The notes under the pieces are model-generated. The model saw only the letters and a program-made list of their open reading frames with translations, had not been told where the DNA came from and searched no databases. From contig NC_043005.1 in NCBI RefSeq assembly GCF_006345805.1, positions 84,568,001 to 84,632,000 on the forward strand: DNA of 64,000 bases, in the 5' to 3' direction. Positions 25,433-40,014 of this stretch are shown piece by piece (position 1 is the first letter of the stretch; each line of letters begins with the position of its first letter). The position numbers were made by a program, and so were the translations under genes. This DNA comes from Octopus sinensis (taxonomy: Eukaryota).

Positions 25433-25606
25433 GTTTTAGGGTCCTGTCCCAAGGAACCGTCCCTCCTTTAATTACATTATTTTTTTTTAGCGTGAAACTA
25501 GTAATTATATGAAATGAAATTATAACGAAAAACTGATATGTTTTTAAACAGCGCAGGAGAAAATAAACAATTGGAATTATTCAAATTGGTTCAGAAAAAA
25601 ATATAG

Positions 25607-25647
<41 letters not shown>

Positions 25648-25773
25648 TATACACTCATGTAGTGGGTGTATATATTTGTATGTATAAACAAGAAAAATTA
25701 AAAACAACGAACTGTTCCTTACCTGTTGTTTAAAGTTGATGGTTAAAACAGTTCCATTATATATACATGTGAG

Positions 25774-25814
<41 letters not shown>

Positions 25815-27510
25815 GATATACAGATATGTATGTGTATATATTATTTATTTCATATATATTTAATGCATATATTTATATAAACAAGCACATATGTGTGTAT
25901 ATAACATAAATATATATAAATAATATATATAGTGTATGTGTGTATATATAATATGTATATATGTATATATATATATAGGCTATGAATGTGTATGTATATA
26001 TAATATGTATATATATATATATTTTTTGTAAAGAGCCCAAGTTGGTAATATAGTATTTTTTTTTAATACAAAACCCAAGAAGCGAAATAAAACTAAAAAA
26101 AAAAAATGCAAAAGCAGCAGGGGTAGCAGCAGCAGCAACACGACGGTTATCCGTTATAGAAGCAGTCGAGGTTATTATTGTGATAAAACCAAGGATCTGT
26201 GGCTAGAACAGGTGCCAGAATTGTCAGAGCCAAAGAGAAGAGAGAGAGAGAGAGAGAGACAGACAGAAAGTATGAGAGTTAAGGGGAAGGGGAGGGAAAG
26301 AGATAGATAAAGAATATAAGAGCGAGGGGGGCAGAAGTTGAAAGAAGTGATAGAGTAAAAGAATAAAGGGAAAAAAGGGGGGGGGGAAGGTTATAGACAG
26401 GCAGAGTAAAAGAGCGAGGGAAAAGAAGTTGAAAGAAGTGAGAGAGAGAGAGAGAGAGTATGAGAGTAAAGGCCGAAGGGGAGGGAGGGAAGTAGACAAA
26501 GAGTAAAAGACGCAGGGAGAGAAGTGAAAGAGGTGAGAGAGAGAATATGAGAGTTAAGGAGGAAAAGAGAGGGAAGAAAGAAAGAGAGAGATGTTTTAAT
26601 AGTGGAGGGGGAGTGATTTGAAAGGAGTAAAAGCTATTGAGAGAGGATGGGAGGGTTTTAAAAAGATAGAGACACAAGTGGGAAATATTAGACGTGTGTA
26701 TGTGTGTGTATATATATATACATGAGTATGTGTAATTGTATATGTGTGTGTATGTTCTTTTACCTTTAATCTTTCTCTAGCTCCTGCTTGAGAGCTGCGG
26801 CCATGCTGGGGTACCACACACACACATATACACACACTCTCTTATATACACTTTTTTCTCTCTCTCTCTCATATATATGTGTTCGTGTTCGTGTGTGTGT
26901 GTGTGTGCGTGTGTGTGTGTATGTGTCTGTGTGTTCGTGCGTGTCTGTGTGGAAAGTGGGATAGAGAGAAAGGAGAAGAGAAGGGTGAGAAGATTGTCGG
27001 AAAAATGGATAGATAGATAGAGAGCGGGGAAAGAGAGGAGGGAGGAAGGGAGTGTATGAGGAGGAGGCGAAGTTAAGAAAGGAGAGAAAGAAAGCTATGA
27101 AGAGAGGCGGAGGAAGTTAAAAAGCCAAAATTATACATACACACGAACAAACACACACAAACACGCTCGCAAATGCATTGAAACACACACACATACACAC
27201 ACGCATACATATATTTATGAGAAGGAGAGAGAAAGAGAAAGAGAAAGTGAGAGGGGGGGAGACTAAAATGTAGAGAGGGAATGGGATTAACTTCGGATAA
27301 GGGAGAGAGATACAGAGATACATAGAGAGAAATTGGAAAGGTGCAGAGAGATACAGTCAATGAGAGAGGGGGAAATGGAAAGAAGATTGGGAGGAGGAAG
27401 TGGAGGAAGAATTAGCAGACGATAGAAATATGAAAAGTTGAAAAAGAGCGACCGTTGGAGGGGGAGGAAGGAAAAATAAGTGAGTATGGGGGTGGGGTGG
27501 AGGTATTGAA

Positions 27511-27555
<45 letters not shown>

Positions 27556-27564
27556 GTCTATCTG

Positions 27565-27631
<67 letters not shown>

Positions 27632-27775
27632 GTCTATCTATCTAGAAAGAGAGAGAGAGAGAGAAAGGGAAAACGACAACGATAGAAAGACAGATTCAAT
27701 AGTGAAACTTATGGAAAGGAAGGGAGAATTAGAGAGAGAGAGGGAGGGGGAAGAGAAGAGAAAGAGAGAGGGAGA

Positions 27776-27809
<34 letters not shown>

Positions 27810-28889
27810 CCAAAGAAGAGAGGGAAAGAAAAGAAGCGAGGGAGAGAGAAAGAGGAAGGAGAGAAAGGAGCGAAGAGAAATACATGGGGATAAGAGTGGG
27901 AGAGAAAGGTTAAAAATTAATATAATGATAGAAACATAGATAGTGAGAGAGGGAGTAGTGTTAGATATACTGATATATAAGACTGGGGACGTGTTGGGAG
28001 GAAGGATAGAGGAAAGAAATTATGTAAGGGGAGAGAGAGAGAAGGGGAGGGTTTAAAATCGGTTTTGGGAAGAGAAAGGGGGGAAAGAGAAAGTAGAAAG
28101 AAAGAAGGAAAGACGTAAGAAAGAAAGAAGGATTGAATGAAAGAATAATATGGATTGCAAGAGAGTAAGAGAGAAAGGGAAGAGATAGGGAAAATGAGGG
28201 AGAAAGAATGGTGGGGGAAGAAAGAGAGGAGGAGAATGGGGAAGGGTGATATATGAATTGAAAGTGAAAAAGAGAGAAAGAGTGAGAGTGAAAGAGAGGG
28301 ATGGTGGAGAAGACGATGTAAAGTTTGTGTGAGGGAGAGTGAGAGATAGAGAAATGATTTGGAGAGAAATATGGAGCGATGAGAACAAGGGAGAAAGATG
28401 ACTAAGGGATGAACTGAAGGGGAAATGTCAAGTGAAAAGGATGAAAAGAACGAGAGAGAGAGAGAAAGAGAGAAAGAAAGAGAGGAGGAAATAGGAGTAG
28501 AAAAATGAGGGGGATAGAGAGTGGGAGGAGAAGCTAAGGTTGAGATCGAAAGAGAGAGAGAGATGAATGTAAGGTGGTGGTGGGATGCAGGAGGAGGAGG
28601 AGGAGAAGAAAGGGGAAGCTGGAACTGTTTGTTGTTAATAGTGTTTGCTATAGAGTTTAGCAGTCGGTTCGTTGTTGAGTAAAGTGATTTTTAAGGGGAG
28701 GGGGGTCGTAGTAGTTATGATAGTAGGGTGGTGGTGGTGGTGGTGGTGGAGGTGGTAGTAGAGGTACTAATGGTACTTTCTCTCTCACACACGGCATTAC
28801 CATGTTATTATATATATACATATATATATGTGTGTGTGTGTGTGTATATATATAATATATATATATATATACATATATATGTATATATA

Positions 28890-28939
<50 letters not shown>

Positions 28940-29115
28940 TCTGTATACACATGAACACAAATACACACGCATATATATACATATGTATTGTACATATATA
29001 CATGGATATATTGTATATATATTTATACATATATGTATAGTATATATGTACAAATGTATAACTCTCTTTTTCTCTCTCTTTTATTTTCCTTCTTCTCTCT
29101 GTCACTCACCCCCTA

Positions 29116-29168
<53 letters not shown>

Positions 29169-30677
29169 ACATACATGATGACTATAGTGTTCGTGGTTGT
29201 GGTGATAGTAGAAGTAGAGGTAGTAATAGAGATTATGATGGTAGGAGGAGTGATGGTGGTGATAGTCACAGTGAGGTGGTGGCGGTGGTGAAAGAAGTCA
29301 TCGAGTTGTTACTAGCGATGGCGGGGCGGTGACAGTGATTTAGTGGGGGGGGGAGTTGTCATAGTGGTGGTGGTGGTTGGTACTTCGCGCCTCTTTGTGC
29401 TTATGGTGGTGATTTTAGTAGTGATGAGGGTTACGGTTAGAGTAATTATGATGATGGTGATGGTGGTGACGAGGGAGGTGATGCTGATGGTGGGGGACGA
29501 GGGATGGCGAAAGAAGGAGAGATGGCGATGATGGTGGAGGCGACGGAGATACTGACTGATGACAGTGGCGGTGGCGGTGGTGTAATAACAGCTGTAGAAG
29601 TAGTGGTGGTGGCGGTGGGAGTCTGTTGAGAGGAGGAGCTAAGTAGAACTGAGAGAGGAGGAGAAGAAAGAAGAAGGTGAGGGAATGAGTAGGAGGGATA
29701 TCACCACCTCCACCAACACCACCACAACGACGATACTGTGTAACAGTTGTTGATGATGATGATGATGATGATGATTGTCATTCTTAGGGGGATGGTGGTG
29801 GTGGTGGTCCCATTGAATACGGTGGCGGTGTTGACGGTGCAGGCGATAGAGGTGATGGTGGTGGTGGTGGTGCTGGTGGTGGTAGCGATGGTCATGAAGT
29901 CAACGCGCATGATGCTGACATTGATGCTTATGATGATGATGGTGGTGGAATCGTAGCCTCTTCTTCCCCCACTAAGGTCAGAGAACGAAGACAAATAGGA
30001 GGGGGAAGCTGTAAGCGGGTGAAGGCGATGGCGGTGGGAGTACTGAAGCCAACCAAGTCGGCGTTGTGTGTGTGTATGTGTGTGCGAGAGCATGTGTGCG
30101 TGTGTGAATGCGTATGTGCGATCGTGTGTGTGTTTCTGGGTATGTGAATGTGCGTTTGTGTGTTGTGTGTGTGTGTGTTTCTGGGGATGTGAATATGTGT
30201 GTGTGTGTGTGTGTGTGCTGAGGTGAGGTCGAGGTCGTGATGCTGAGGAGGACAGGGGGTGGTAACAATAACGGTGACGCAGAAAAAGGATAACGGTGGT
30301 GTTGGTGGTGGTGGTTGATGACGATTATGATGCTGCTTACGATGATGATAATAGCGATATTGCTGTAAGGTGAAGATGGTGGTGGTAAAGATGACGGTGG
30401 GAAGATTGTTATTGACGACGACAATGACGATGATGTTGATGATGATGGTGATAGTAGTGATGGCAGTCGTTGTGACGTCATCGTTTTTAAGTGTGAGTTA
30501 ACAAGTCGTGGTCAAAGGTGAAAGACTCTTTCAAACTTCCCCCTCATCCACCGCCACTTCCGCCGCCACCACTGTCACCCCGCCGATGTCATACCATCAC
30601 CTTCACCATCACAACTGTCACACCGTCACACGACGACGACCACCACCACCACCGGTAACAGCAGTCAAAGGTCCCCC

Positions 30678-31084
30678 TATTTCTTTACTACCCACTAAGG
30701 GGCTTAACACAGAAAGGACAGACAAAGGGATTAAGTCGATTAGATCGACCCCAGTGCGTAACTGGTACTTATTTAATCGACCCCGAAAGGATGAAAGGCA
30801 AAGTCGACCTCGGCGGAATTTGAACTCTGAACGTAGCGGCAGACGAAATACCTATTTCTTTATTACCGACAAGGGGCTAAACACAGAGAGGACAAACAAG
30901 GACAGACAAACGGATTAAGTCGATTATATCGAACCCAGTGCGTAACTGGTACTTATTTAATCGACCCCGAAAGGATGACAGGCAAAGTCGACCTCGGCGG
31001 AATTTGAACTCAGAACGTAGCGGCAGACAAAATACGGCTACGCATTTCGCCCGGCGTGCTAACGATTCTGCCAGCTCGCCGCTC
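30678..31084 (-). mobile_element. OK-like Tx1-tailed SINE dimer
   Basis: One full head plus one head-truncated unit; junction near 30851. Confidence 0.9.
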
Positions 31085-31349
31085 TAACCACCCCAACTAT
31101 CTTGATATAATACTAATAAAAACAAACGGAAGACCACATTAGATAATGTAACCCCCAGTACACAAAATATATGAATATTGAAACTAAGGGATGTTCACGG
31201 TTGGAATACGTTTTGGTTAAGAGTTTCCTTGTTTAGGACAGACCAAGGGTCTGAACAGCCAGCCAGCTCTTTCACCAAATCAGTTGTTGCTTTTAGAGTT
31301 TTAGATCAACGGTGATCGTGTATAAATGATCATGTGACCATCATATACT

Positions 31350-31740
31350 CTGTATTCTCTTTTACTTGTTTCAGTCATTTGACTGCGGCCATGCTGGAGC
31401 ACCGCCTTTAGTCGAGCAAATCGACCCCGGGACTTATTTTTTGTAAGCCTAGTAAGTACTTATTCTATCGGTCTCTCTTTTGCCGAAACGCTAAGTTACG
31501 GGAACGTAAACACACCAGCATCGGTTGTCAAACACAGACACACAAACGCGCGCGCACGCACACACACACACACAAATACGACGGGCTTCTTTCAGTTTCC
31601 GTCTACCAAATCCACTCACAAGGCTTTGGTCAGCCCGAGGCTATAGTAGAAGACATTTGCCTAAGGTGCCACGCAGTGGGACTGAACCCGGAACCATGTG
31701 GTTGGTAAGCCAGCTACTTACCACACAGTCACACCTGCGA
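31350..31740 (-). mobile_element. OR-like tRNA SINE, young copy
   Basis: CpG-rich, near-consensus head and tail. Confidence 0.9.
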
Positions 31741-31745
31741 TCACA

Positions 31746-31794
<49 letters not shown>

Positions 31795-32107
31795 TACACA
31801 CATATGTATATATATATATAATCTTAAGTTCTGGTTGCGTATAAAGGTAGGGTAATTCCAGAGAAGCACTCAACCTGAATTCCGGACTGTCAGTACTGAC
31901 GGATTCCAGACCAATACCGAAATTCTTCAAGTGTAGCAAATCCTGGTTTCACGACGGTAAAACTGTTTTGTTGGTGCAGCGAACAGTAAACGATTATCCA
32001 AATAATAAAACAAAAAATAAATCCTTTAATACATCTTTAATGATTTCTTACCACTTGTTTTCAGTACCACTTTACTTGCACGCCAGTGTATATAATATGT
32101 TATATTT

Positions 32108-32149
<42 letters not shown>

Positions 32150-32152
<3 letters not shown>

Positions 32153-32741
32153 CAATTTAATAAATAAAACATGCATACATACATACATATATGTATATAT
32201 ATATGCATATATCTATACATACATATATGAGTACACCATAAATAAACGTAGAACACAACGAGAAACGAAAACAAAACCATACAAGGAAACGGACTTTTTT
32301 TAACAACGAAAAAACAGACTACAAACAGGCAACACAAGGAACATTCCCCTTCTTCAGCTGCCCCTGTTTCGACTCAATGCGTGTTTCGAAGGTAAGGGCA
32401 GAACACGGCCACGCCGAAGCAGTCCTTCCCGAAAAATGAATTAAATAAAAAAATTTTGCGGGGGAGTAAAAAAAAGTGACAAAAACAGGGCATATAAGCA
32501 ATACAAATGAAGAAAAAAAACAGTACAAGTAGAGATAAAGACAGTAAAAGACAGGACAAGGAAACCAACAATAAGGGCTTTTTTTAAGCCTAGACGGTGG
32601 AAAAATTCGTTAGAACGCATTCCGAAGATCGGCTTGCGGAAGACAGAAAAAAGCCGATGCTGACTTGTTGAAAGCAGTGGGCAGAAAGAAAGTTAGTAGC
32701 CCTCCGGTCAGCGACGAGAGAGAGGAGGAGGAGTGAGAGAG

Positions 32742-32782
<41 letters not shown>

Positions 32783-33130
32783 AACCAAAAAGGGTGAAAA
32801 ATAAGAAGGAGAGAGACAGGTAGAGAGGAAGACAGACAGGCAGGGCGGAAAGGTCAAGTAAAGAGTTAAGAGTGCGCGTCATAATTATTGAAAAAAACTT
32901 ACTTGGAAGAAGAAGAAAACGACGCGTGCGTTCAATCATATAATAACAATTTAATAAATAAAACATATACATACATACATATATCTACATACCTACATCT
33001 ATATGTATATATACATGCATATATGAGTACAGGACACCACAAATAAACGTAGAACACAACGAGAAACGAAAACATAAAATCAAACAAGGAAACGGACTTT
33101 TTTTAACAACGAAAAAGGAATTTACAAAAA
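32150..33130. repeat. Pair of ~180-bp direct repeats (32150-32330, 32941-33130)
   Basis: Shared ATAACAATTTAATAAATAAAAC...AAATAAACGTAGAACACAACGAGAAACGAAAAC...CAAGGAAACGGACTTTTTTAACAACGAAAAA. Confidence 0.8.
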
Positions 33131-33351
33131 AAAAAGAAAAGACATAGAAGAAAGAAAACATATTAAACGGACACTTTGGACATAGACAAGCTGAACCTCT
33201 CATCAGCTGTCGACCGAATGTCACCACAATTTCGACATCCAATAAGTCTATTTGTCTTGTAAACTTTGTTCGTAATGGTGAAGCTGAGGTATGTGAACTC
33301 GTGATATGTCTGTGGTTCACAGTGGTAAATGATGACGTTAAGCAAGTACAC

Positions 33352-33618
33352 GAGACATTAGCCAAAAGCCTTCTGTCTTCTTCATACTGATGGTTAAGCC
33401 GAAGTTTTGAGAAGCTCTTGTGAGACTTTTCCTGGGGCGTTGCGGATGCTCTGCCGAGTATAACGCTTGTGTTTCAGCATCTGCACATAGCATGTCCCTG
33501 ACAAGTAATTTGCAAACTTTGGTTTTCTCCCTCCTTCGACATAGATTCAACAGTTTCCTGTCTGATCTTGTGTGGAGGAAAACACCATCGGTCGATGTTC
33601 CAAAGGCGTGTCCATGCG
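33352..33618 (-). mobile_element. RTE/BovB-clade reverse transcriptase fragment
   Basis: DGVFLHTRSDRKLLNLCRRREKTKVCKLLVRDMLCADA...NFGLTISMKKTE, matching the RTE region around FADD. Confidence 0.85.
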
Positions 33619-33979
33619 CGCGCGTGTGTGGTGTGTATGTGTGTGTGTGTGTGCGTGTGTGTGTGTTTGTCTTTGTGTTTGTCCCCTCCTGCCACTTGAC
33701 AACTTGTTGTGTTTACGTCCTCGAAACTTTGTGGCTCGGCAAAAAAAATATAATAAAATAAAGAATAAAATAAAATAAAAGGAGGTAGCAGGCTTAGAAT
33801 TGAGTCCTAGGGTCGATTTGGTACAAAAATAAACCTTCAGCATGAAGCTCCAGCATGGCTGGAATCCCAAGACTGGAACAAGTAAAGGAATAAAACACAC
33901 ACACACACTCACACACGCACACACACACACACGCACGCACACATACACACGCATAAAACACACACACACACACACATAC

Positions 33980-34556
33980 TTTTCTACTTTAGGTAAAAGG
34001 CCCGAATTTTCATGGAGGGGGCCAGACGACTAGATCGACCCCAGTATGCAATGGGTACTTAATTTATCGACCCTGAAAGGATGAAAAGCAAAGTCGACCT
34101 CGGCGGAATTTGAACTCAGAACATAAAGAGAAACGAAATACCTGTTTCTTTATGACCCACAAGGGGCTAAACACAGAGAGGACAAACAAGGACAGACAAA
34201 CGGATTAAGTCGATTATATCGACCCCAGTGTGTAACTGGTACTTATTTAATTGACCCTGAAAGGATGAAAGGCAAAGTCGACCTCGGTGGAATTTGAACT
34301 CAGAACGTAACGGCAGACGAAATACCTATTTCTTTATTACCCACTAGGGGCTAAACATAGAGGAGACAAACAAGGACAGACATAGGTATTAAGTCGATTA
34401 CATCGACCTCAGTGCAGAACTGGTACTTAATTTATCGACCCCGAAAGGATGAAAGGCAAAGTCAACCTCGGCGGAATTTGAACTCACAACGTAACGGCAG
34501 ACGAAATACCGCTACGCATTTCGCCCGGCGTGCTAACGTTTCTGCCAGCTTGCCAC
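33980..34556 (-). mobile_element. OK-like SINE trimer (two Tx1-tailed units plus one ordinary-tailed unit)
   Basis: 184-bp period; junctions near 34141 and 34325. Confidence 0.88.
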
Positions 34557-36104
34557 CTTACACACACACACACAACACACACACACTTGCACACACACAC
34601 ACACAAACACACACACTTATACACGTACACATCTATCCATCACATCAATTTGATACGTTCGTGTAAACGAACATTTTGAATATGACTGTATATATTTATA
34701 CCTTATTCAATGACGCTGCGTGCGCCTCTCATTTGTTAATTCCAGCTTGACCAAGCTCTGCTCACGTTAGCAAGTATATTATTTACTGATCTTGTATATT
34801 AAAACCAATCTTTCTTCAGGGCTGTGATCAACTGATACAGTTTTCTTAACTTGTGAAGCGTAACGACGCAAAAACCGACGCATTTTGCGAGACTATGGCG
34901 TCATTCATTGCCCAATGTTTTGTTTTATATATAGATGCAGCACGGAGTTTTGACGAAAATATTTTGACAAATTAAATTTAAATGTTGAAGTGAATCTAAC
35001 GGTTTTTGTGAGTTTCTTAAATGGCTTATAAACACCTTCCACGCTGCAATTGTTTTCGTTCCAGCACACGATCTCAGATCAGGTCACTTGCTATGCAAGT
35101 ACATCTCCGAAATTTATATATATTGCTTTTGAGGAAAATTTTCTCCTAAGATTAACTTTGCAGCGAAAAGTCTTCCCACATCCGTGTGTACACGAAATAC
35201 TAAATACAATCGTACAACACAACAAAACACACACACACATACACACACACACACGCGCGCGCGCGCGCGCACGAGTATATATAACAGCTAATGTGCACGA
35301 CTGAAAGAGCTTACAATGTGGTGCATCCCCAAAGTCCATCCTCTCCTCACCGTGGTGGGGACGCTGGCAACGGGTAGTGTCAGATCTATGCCGTCGGGAA
35401 CTTCGGTTCCTGGTAGGGCCACCCAAGACAGATTGGTCTGATACCAAGTGGCATTAGAATCACAACCCGGCAGACGGGTCTCTGGTGAAAATCCTCGGAG
35501 TGTCTGTTTCGGCAACCGGCGGCTCCTCGGTCGTTCTGTCTCTGCGTCAGCAAACAATCTGCGGCAAACAGGATGTCTCCACATGCAAGATTGTTGGGAA
35601 CCGCTTGTTAAATCCACATATTCCCACGAAACGTCTTCCACTGCCATGGTTCGGGATGCCTCGAGGGTGGTGGAAGAAGCCGACTCAACCCGCCCAGGGT
35701 GAATGTCGCCACAAGTACAAGTAAGTAATGTGGTGCCCTAGTATGGCCATCATCCTACAAACGAATCAAATAAAAGAATAACGAAAGAAAATATGCAGCA
35801 ACCAAGCATTATTCACAAAAGTAGGGTGATTAATCTTTAACCGTTTAAATCTTTAATGAAGTCTTCAGTTCCTTTTAAGTCAATACTTTAACCCTCAATC
35901 AAATATTCTAGCTGTTTTAAGGTGAAGCTAGTCACATCTGGCCTCTCACACCTACCCTACAATATCATTCTGAAAATAAACAGTAATATCCTAAAAATCT
36001 TGATGACGTACAATTAAGTTAAATGAAAGTGAGTAAATAAGCATTACATTCGACAGAGTAATCTTAATGCTAAAGAGACAGATAGATAGTCAGACATATA
36101 GATA

Positions 36105-36370
36105 TGTTTCTTTATTAGCCACACAGGGCTGCACACAGACGGGACAGATTACAAAGTAGAGCTTTTCTTTTGGGGGAGAAAAAACATGTGGGGTAGGTTT
36201 TCGATCAAAAGGGATCGTAAAAGGGAAAGAAAGGGAAAAAATGATCAATAGGGATCGTGTATCACAGAAATGTCATGATGTAAAGCGTAAAGGGGGAAGC
36301 AGATAAGGTTTATCCGTGGAAAGAAAAGCCTACGGAAAAGACCACGGTAACCTCGGTCAATAATGTCACA
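36105..36370 (-). mobile_element. Tx1-clade LINE, 3'UTR-only copy (D)
   Basis: Reverse match to 38710-39028; (AGAT)n-type repeats on both sides. Confidence 0.88.
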
Positions 36371-36391
36371 TAGATAGCTAGATAGACTGAC

Positions 36392-36537
<146 letters not shown>

Positions 36538-37010
36538 AGGGGACGTCGGGGTTGTTTAATAAATAAAAAAAAATGAATAACGACTCTCGAAATTGTCTTG
36601 AGGGGTCGCCCATAACTGCAACAACCACTTGTGGCTCACAAGGCGGTAGTTTGGCCATCGTTGACACAGAGAGCTCCGTCGTTGGCTGGAATGATCGAGG
36701 TAGTGGTGGTGGTGGTGGCCAGAGCCTTTGTGATGAATTTTTCAAGGCGAGGAAAACGAAGCTGTCCTGTTCTCCATCCTACTCACTGTGAAAGACCTGA
36801 CGGGGGGGGGGGAGAATTGTTACCGGTATTAGATATTCATGAGGCTCCTTTTTCTGGAGTTACAAGTCCGTCATTTGGGTATCCATTCCCCAGATGAATG
36901 TACCAGCTCAACATCATGCCCTCCTCTCATAAACCCTGGGGGTGATGGTGGTGGTCATGGCATTTTGGTCTGGTGGAGAAAGCAGACGAGTTGAATCTCT
37001 GTGCTTCTCT

Positions 37011-37046
<36 letters not shown>

Positions 37047-37063
37047 ATCTATCTATCTATCTA

Positions 37064-37090
<27 letters not shown>

Positions 37091-37094
<4 letters not shown>

Positions 37095-37546
37095 TCAAGT
37101 ATCACTTGAAAAGGAAAGTGAAAGTAGAGAGGCAAGTTTTGTCTAGCGAATGTTTCAAAAAAAGATGGGTGAATGTAGCAAGGATGGCACGTATGAATGA
37201 CGAAGCCACCTTGAGCATAATCCTATGAACCCGGAAAAATTTAAAACAGAGGGTTACTTACTTGCAAACAAATGTGTTAACATGTGACATATTTGACCGA
37301 GGTTACAGCGGTCTTTTCCGTAGGCTTTTCTTTCCACGGAATAACCGTATCTGTTTCCCCCTTTACACTTTACATCATGACATTTCTATGATACACGATC
37401 CTTATTAATCGTTTTTTCCCTTTCTTTCCCTTTTACGATCCCTTATGATCGAAAACAGACTCCACTTTTTTTTCTCCCCCAAAAGAAAACTCTACTTTGT
37501 AATCTGTTCCGTCTGTGTTCAGCCCTGTGTGGCTAATAAAGAAACA
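37091..37546 (+). mobile_element. Tx1-clade LINE, 5'-truncated copy (A)
   Basis: FKYHLKRKVKVERQVLSSECFKKRW...IL* plus 3'UTR ending GGCTAATAAAGAAACA; (ATCT)n on both sides. Confidence 0.9.
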
Positions 37547-37556
37547 TCTATCTATC

Positions 37557-39028
37557 TGGGCCGAGAGGAAACTGTCCCTAAATGGTCGGGCGGAGGTGGC
37601 GAACACGTACATCGCGTCCATCATCTACTACCGCCTGACCGTCGTACCTTGTCCCGACCCTACCATCACCAAACTAGAACGCATTCTCTTCCGCTTCTTG
37701 TGGAAAGGATGCGTCCCGATGGTCAGGCGATCCATTTGCTGTCAACACCCGTTAAAAGGAGGGCTGGGCATGCCGTGGTTGATGATGAGCAGACACGCGC
37801 TGAGACTGCGACATCTCCGGCTCTATGTAGACGACGGTGAACAGGTGTTGTCGCCGTTTGTGAGGCACGCTTTCCCGCAGCTCGTCTCCATGACCGAACT
37901 GCAGTCGTGGATCAAAAAGAGGCCGAGGAAGGGCGAATGGCACCGCGAGTGTCGCGTTGCTCTCAAGCAACTCTGCCGTCCTGGGTCGACCTTGAGTGAC
38001 TTCAACACAACCAAAGCATTATATAGGGGATTAGTGGAGGGGAGGTACGACGACGACCTTGGGGCAAACCTGGGCGTCGACGAGGAATACCTGACCCCCC
38101 TGTTTGAAACGACTTTCGGGCCGGGACCTATGGACAACTTCCAGAGATCCCTGACCTGGCGGTGCTACCGAGAAGCGCTACTCGTTCGGGATAAGCTCTA
38201 TAGGCATGGCTCGAGAAACACGGAGCCGGCCTGCCCGAGATGCGGGCAGAGCGACGAAACCGCTCTGCACGCAATCGTACAGTGTCCAACAATTTCCGAC
38301 CTGTGGGCTTATGTCGAACGACTGCTGTCACGTGTGGGATGTGTCGGTTTATCAGCCGAGTCTATCGTTAATATCGTCACGCCTCCTTCCTTCAAACGGG
38401 AAGGAAGAGCTATTTTTATCATACTTGTGGCTATGGCGAAAGAATGTATCTGGTGGACACGCCTGAAAGGATTAGAGACAAACACTTTCCCCTCTGGTCA
38501 ATCTCTCATCAACTTCTTCAAGTATCACATGAAGAGGAAAGTGAGAGTAGAGAGGCAAGTTTTGTCTAGTGAATGTTTTAAAAAAAGATGGGTGAAAGTA
38601 GCAAGGATGGCACGTATGAATGACGAAGCCACATTGACTATGATACTATGAACCGTAAAAATTAATACAGAGAGTTGCTTATTTGCAAAAAAAAAAAAGA
38701 AATATAACATGTGACTTCATTGACCGAGGTTACCGTGGTCTTTTCCGTAGGCTTTTCTTTCCACGGGTAAACCTCACCTGTCCTCCCCTTTGCACTTCAT
38801 ATTGACATTTCTGTGATAACGATCCCTATTGATCAATTTTTTTTCCTTTCCCCTTTTTTGATCCCCAGCCTTTTTTTATTTTATTCCCCCCTTTTTTTGT
38901 CCTCTTTCTTTCCTTTTACGATCCCTTTTAATCGAAAACCAAACCCCCTTCTTTTACCCCCAAAAGAAAAGCTCTACCTTGTAATTTGTCCTGTCTGTGT
39001 GCATCCCTGTGTGGCTAATAAAGAAACA
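37557..39028 (+). mobile_element. Tx1-clade LINE, 5'-truncated copy (B)
   Basis: Open frame to 38651 with KGGLGM and the CX2CX8HX4C finger CPRCGQSDETALHAIVQC; 3'UTR; followed by (ATCT)n. Confidence 0.92.
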
Positions 39029-39060
<32 letters not shown>

Positions 39061-39344
39061 CCTCTTTCTCTCCCCCTCTCTCTCTCTATCTCTCTATCTA
39101 TCTATCTATTTATCTATATATATGCATATATATCTTTTTAGCTGCCCTTCTACCCCCTCTCTGTCTACCTATCAATTAATCTATCTGTGTGCGTGTGTCT
39201 GTGTGTATGTATGTATGTATGTATGTATGTATGTATGTATGTATGTATGTATGTATGTATGTATGCGTGTGTGTAAATGTGTCTGTAATACGTATATTTG
39301 TGAGTATGTGTGTATGGATGAGAATACATGTCTGTGTCTGTTCT

Positions 39345-39752
39345 ATACTCTTTTACTCTTTTACTTGTTTCAGTCATTTGACTGCGGCCATGCTGGAGCA
39401 CCGCCTTTAGTCGAGCAAATCGACCCCGGGACCTATTCTTTGTAAGCCCAGTACTTATTCTATCGGTCTCTTTTTGCCGAACCGCTAGGTGACGGGGACG
39501 TAAACACACCAGCATCGGTTGTCAAGCAATGCTAGGGGGACAAACACAGACACACAAACACACACATACATACACACATATACATATATACGACAGGCTT
39601 CTTTCAGTTTCCGTCTACCAAATCCACTCACAAGGCATTGGTCGGCCCGGGGCTATAGCAGAAGACACTTGCCCAAGATGCCACGCAGTGGGACTGAACC
39701 CAGGACCATGTGGTTGGTTAGCAAGCTACTTACCACACAGCTACTCCTGCGC
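39345..39752 (-). mobile_element. OR-like tRNA SINE, young copy
   Basis: Near-consensus head, core and tail. Confidence 0.9.
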
Positions 39753-39948
39753 ATATATTTGCATCTCTCTGTGTTTATATTTTATCTTTGTGTTATTTTA
39801 GCCATCAGAGTGCGACCATACTGGAGCACAGCATTGAAGGATTTTCAGTCGAATGAAGCGATCCCCGTACTTGTTGATCTATATACATATATGTTTATGT
39901 TTATGTTTTCCAGTTTCAGCTCTTGAGCTGTGGCCATGCTGGGGCACC

Positions 39949-40014
<66 letters not shown>

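Noticed and set aside
31870-31970. Exon-like segment open on both strands
   Set aside because: Splice signals plausible on either strand and no recognisable peptide; cannot be supported
37515-37557. N-terminal extension of the 378-aa ORF
   Set aside because: Chance read-through of copy A's 3'UTR and the ATCT linker into truncated copy B
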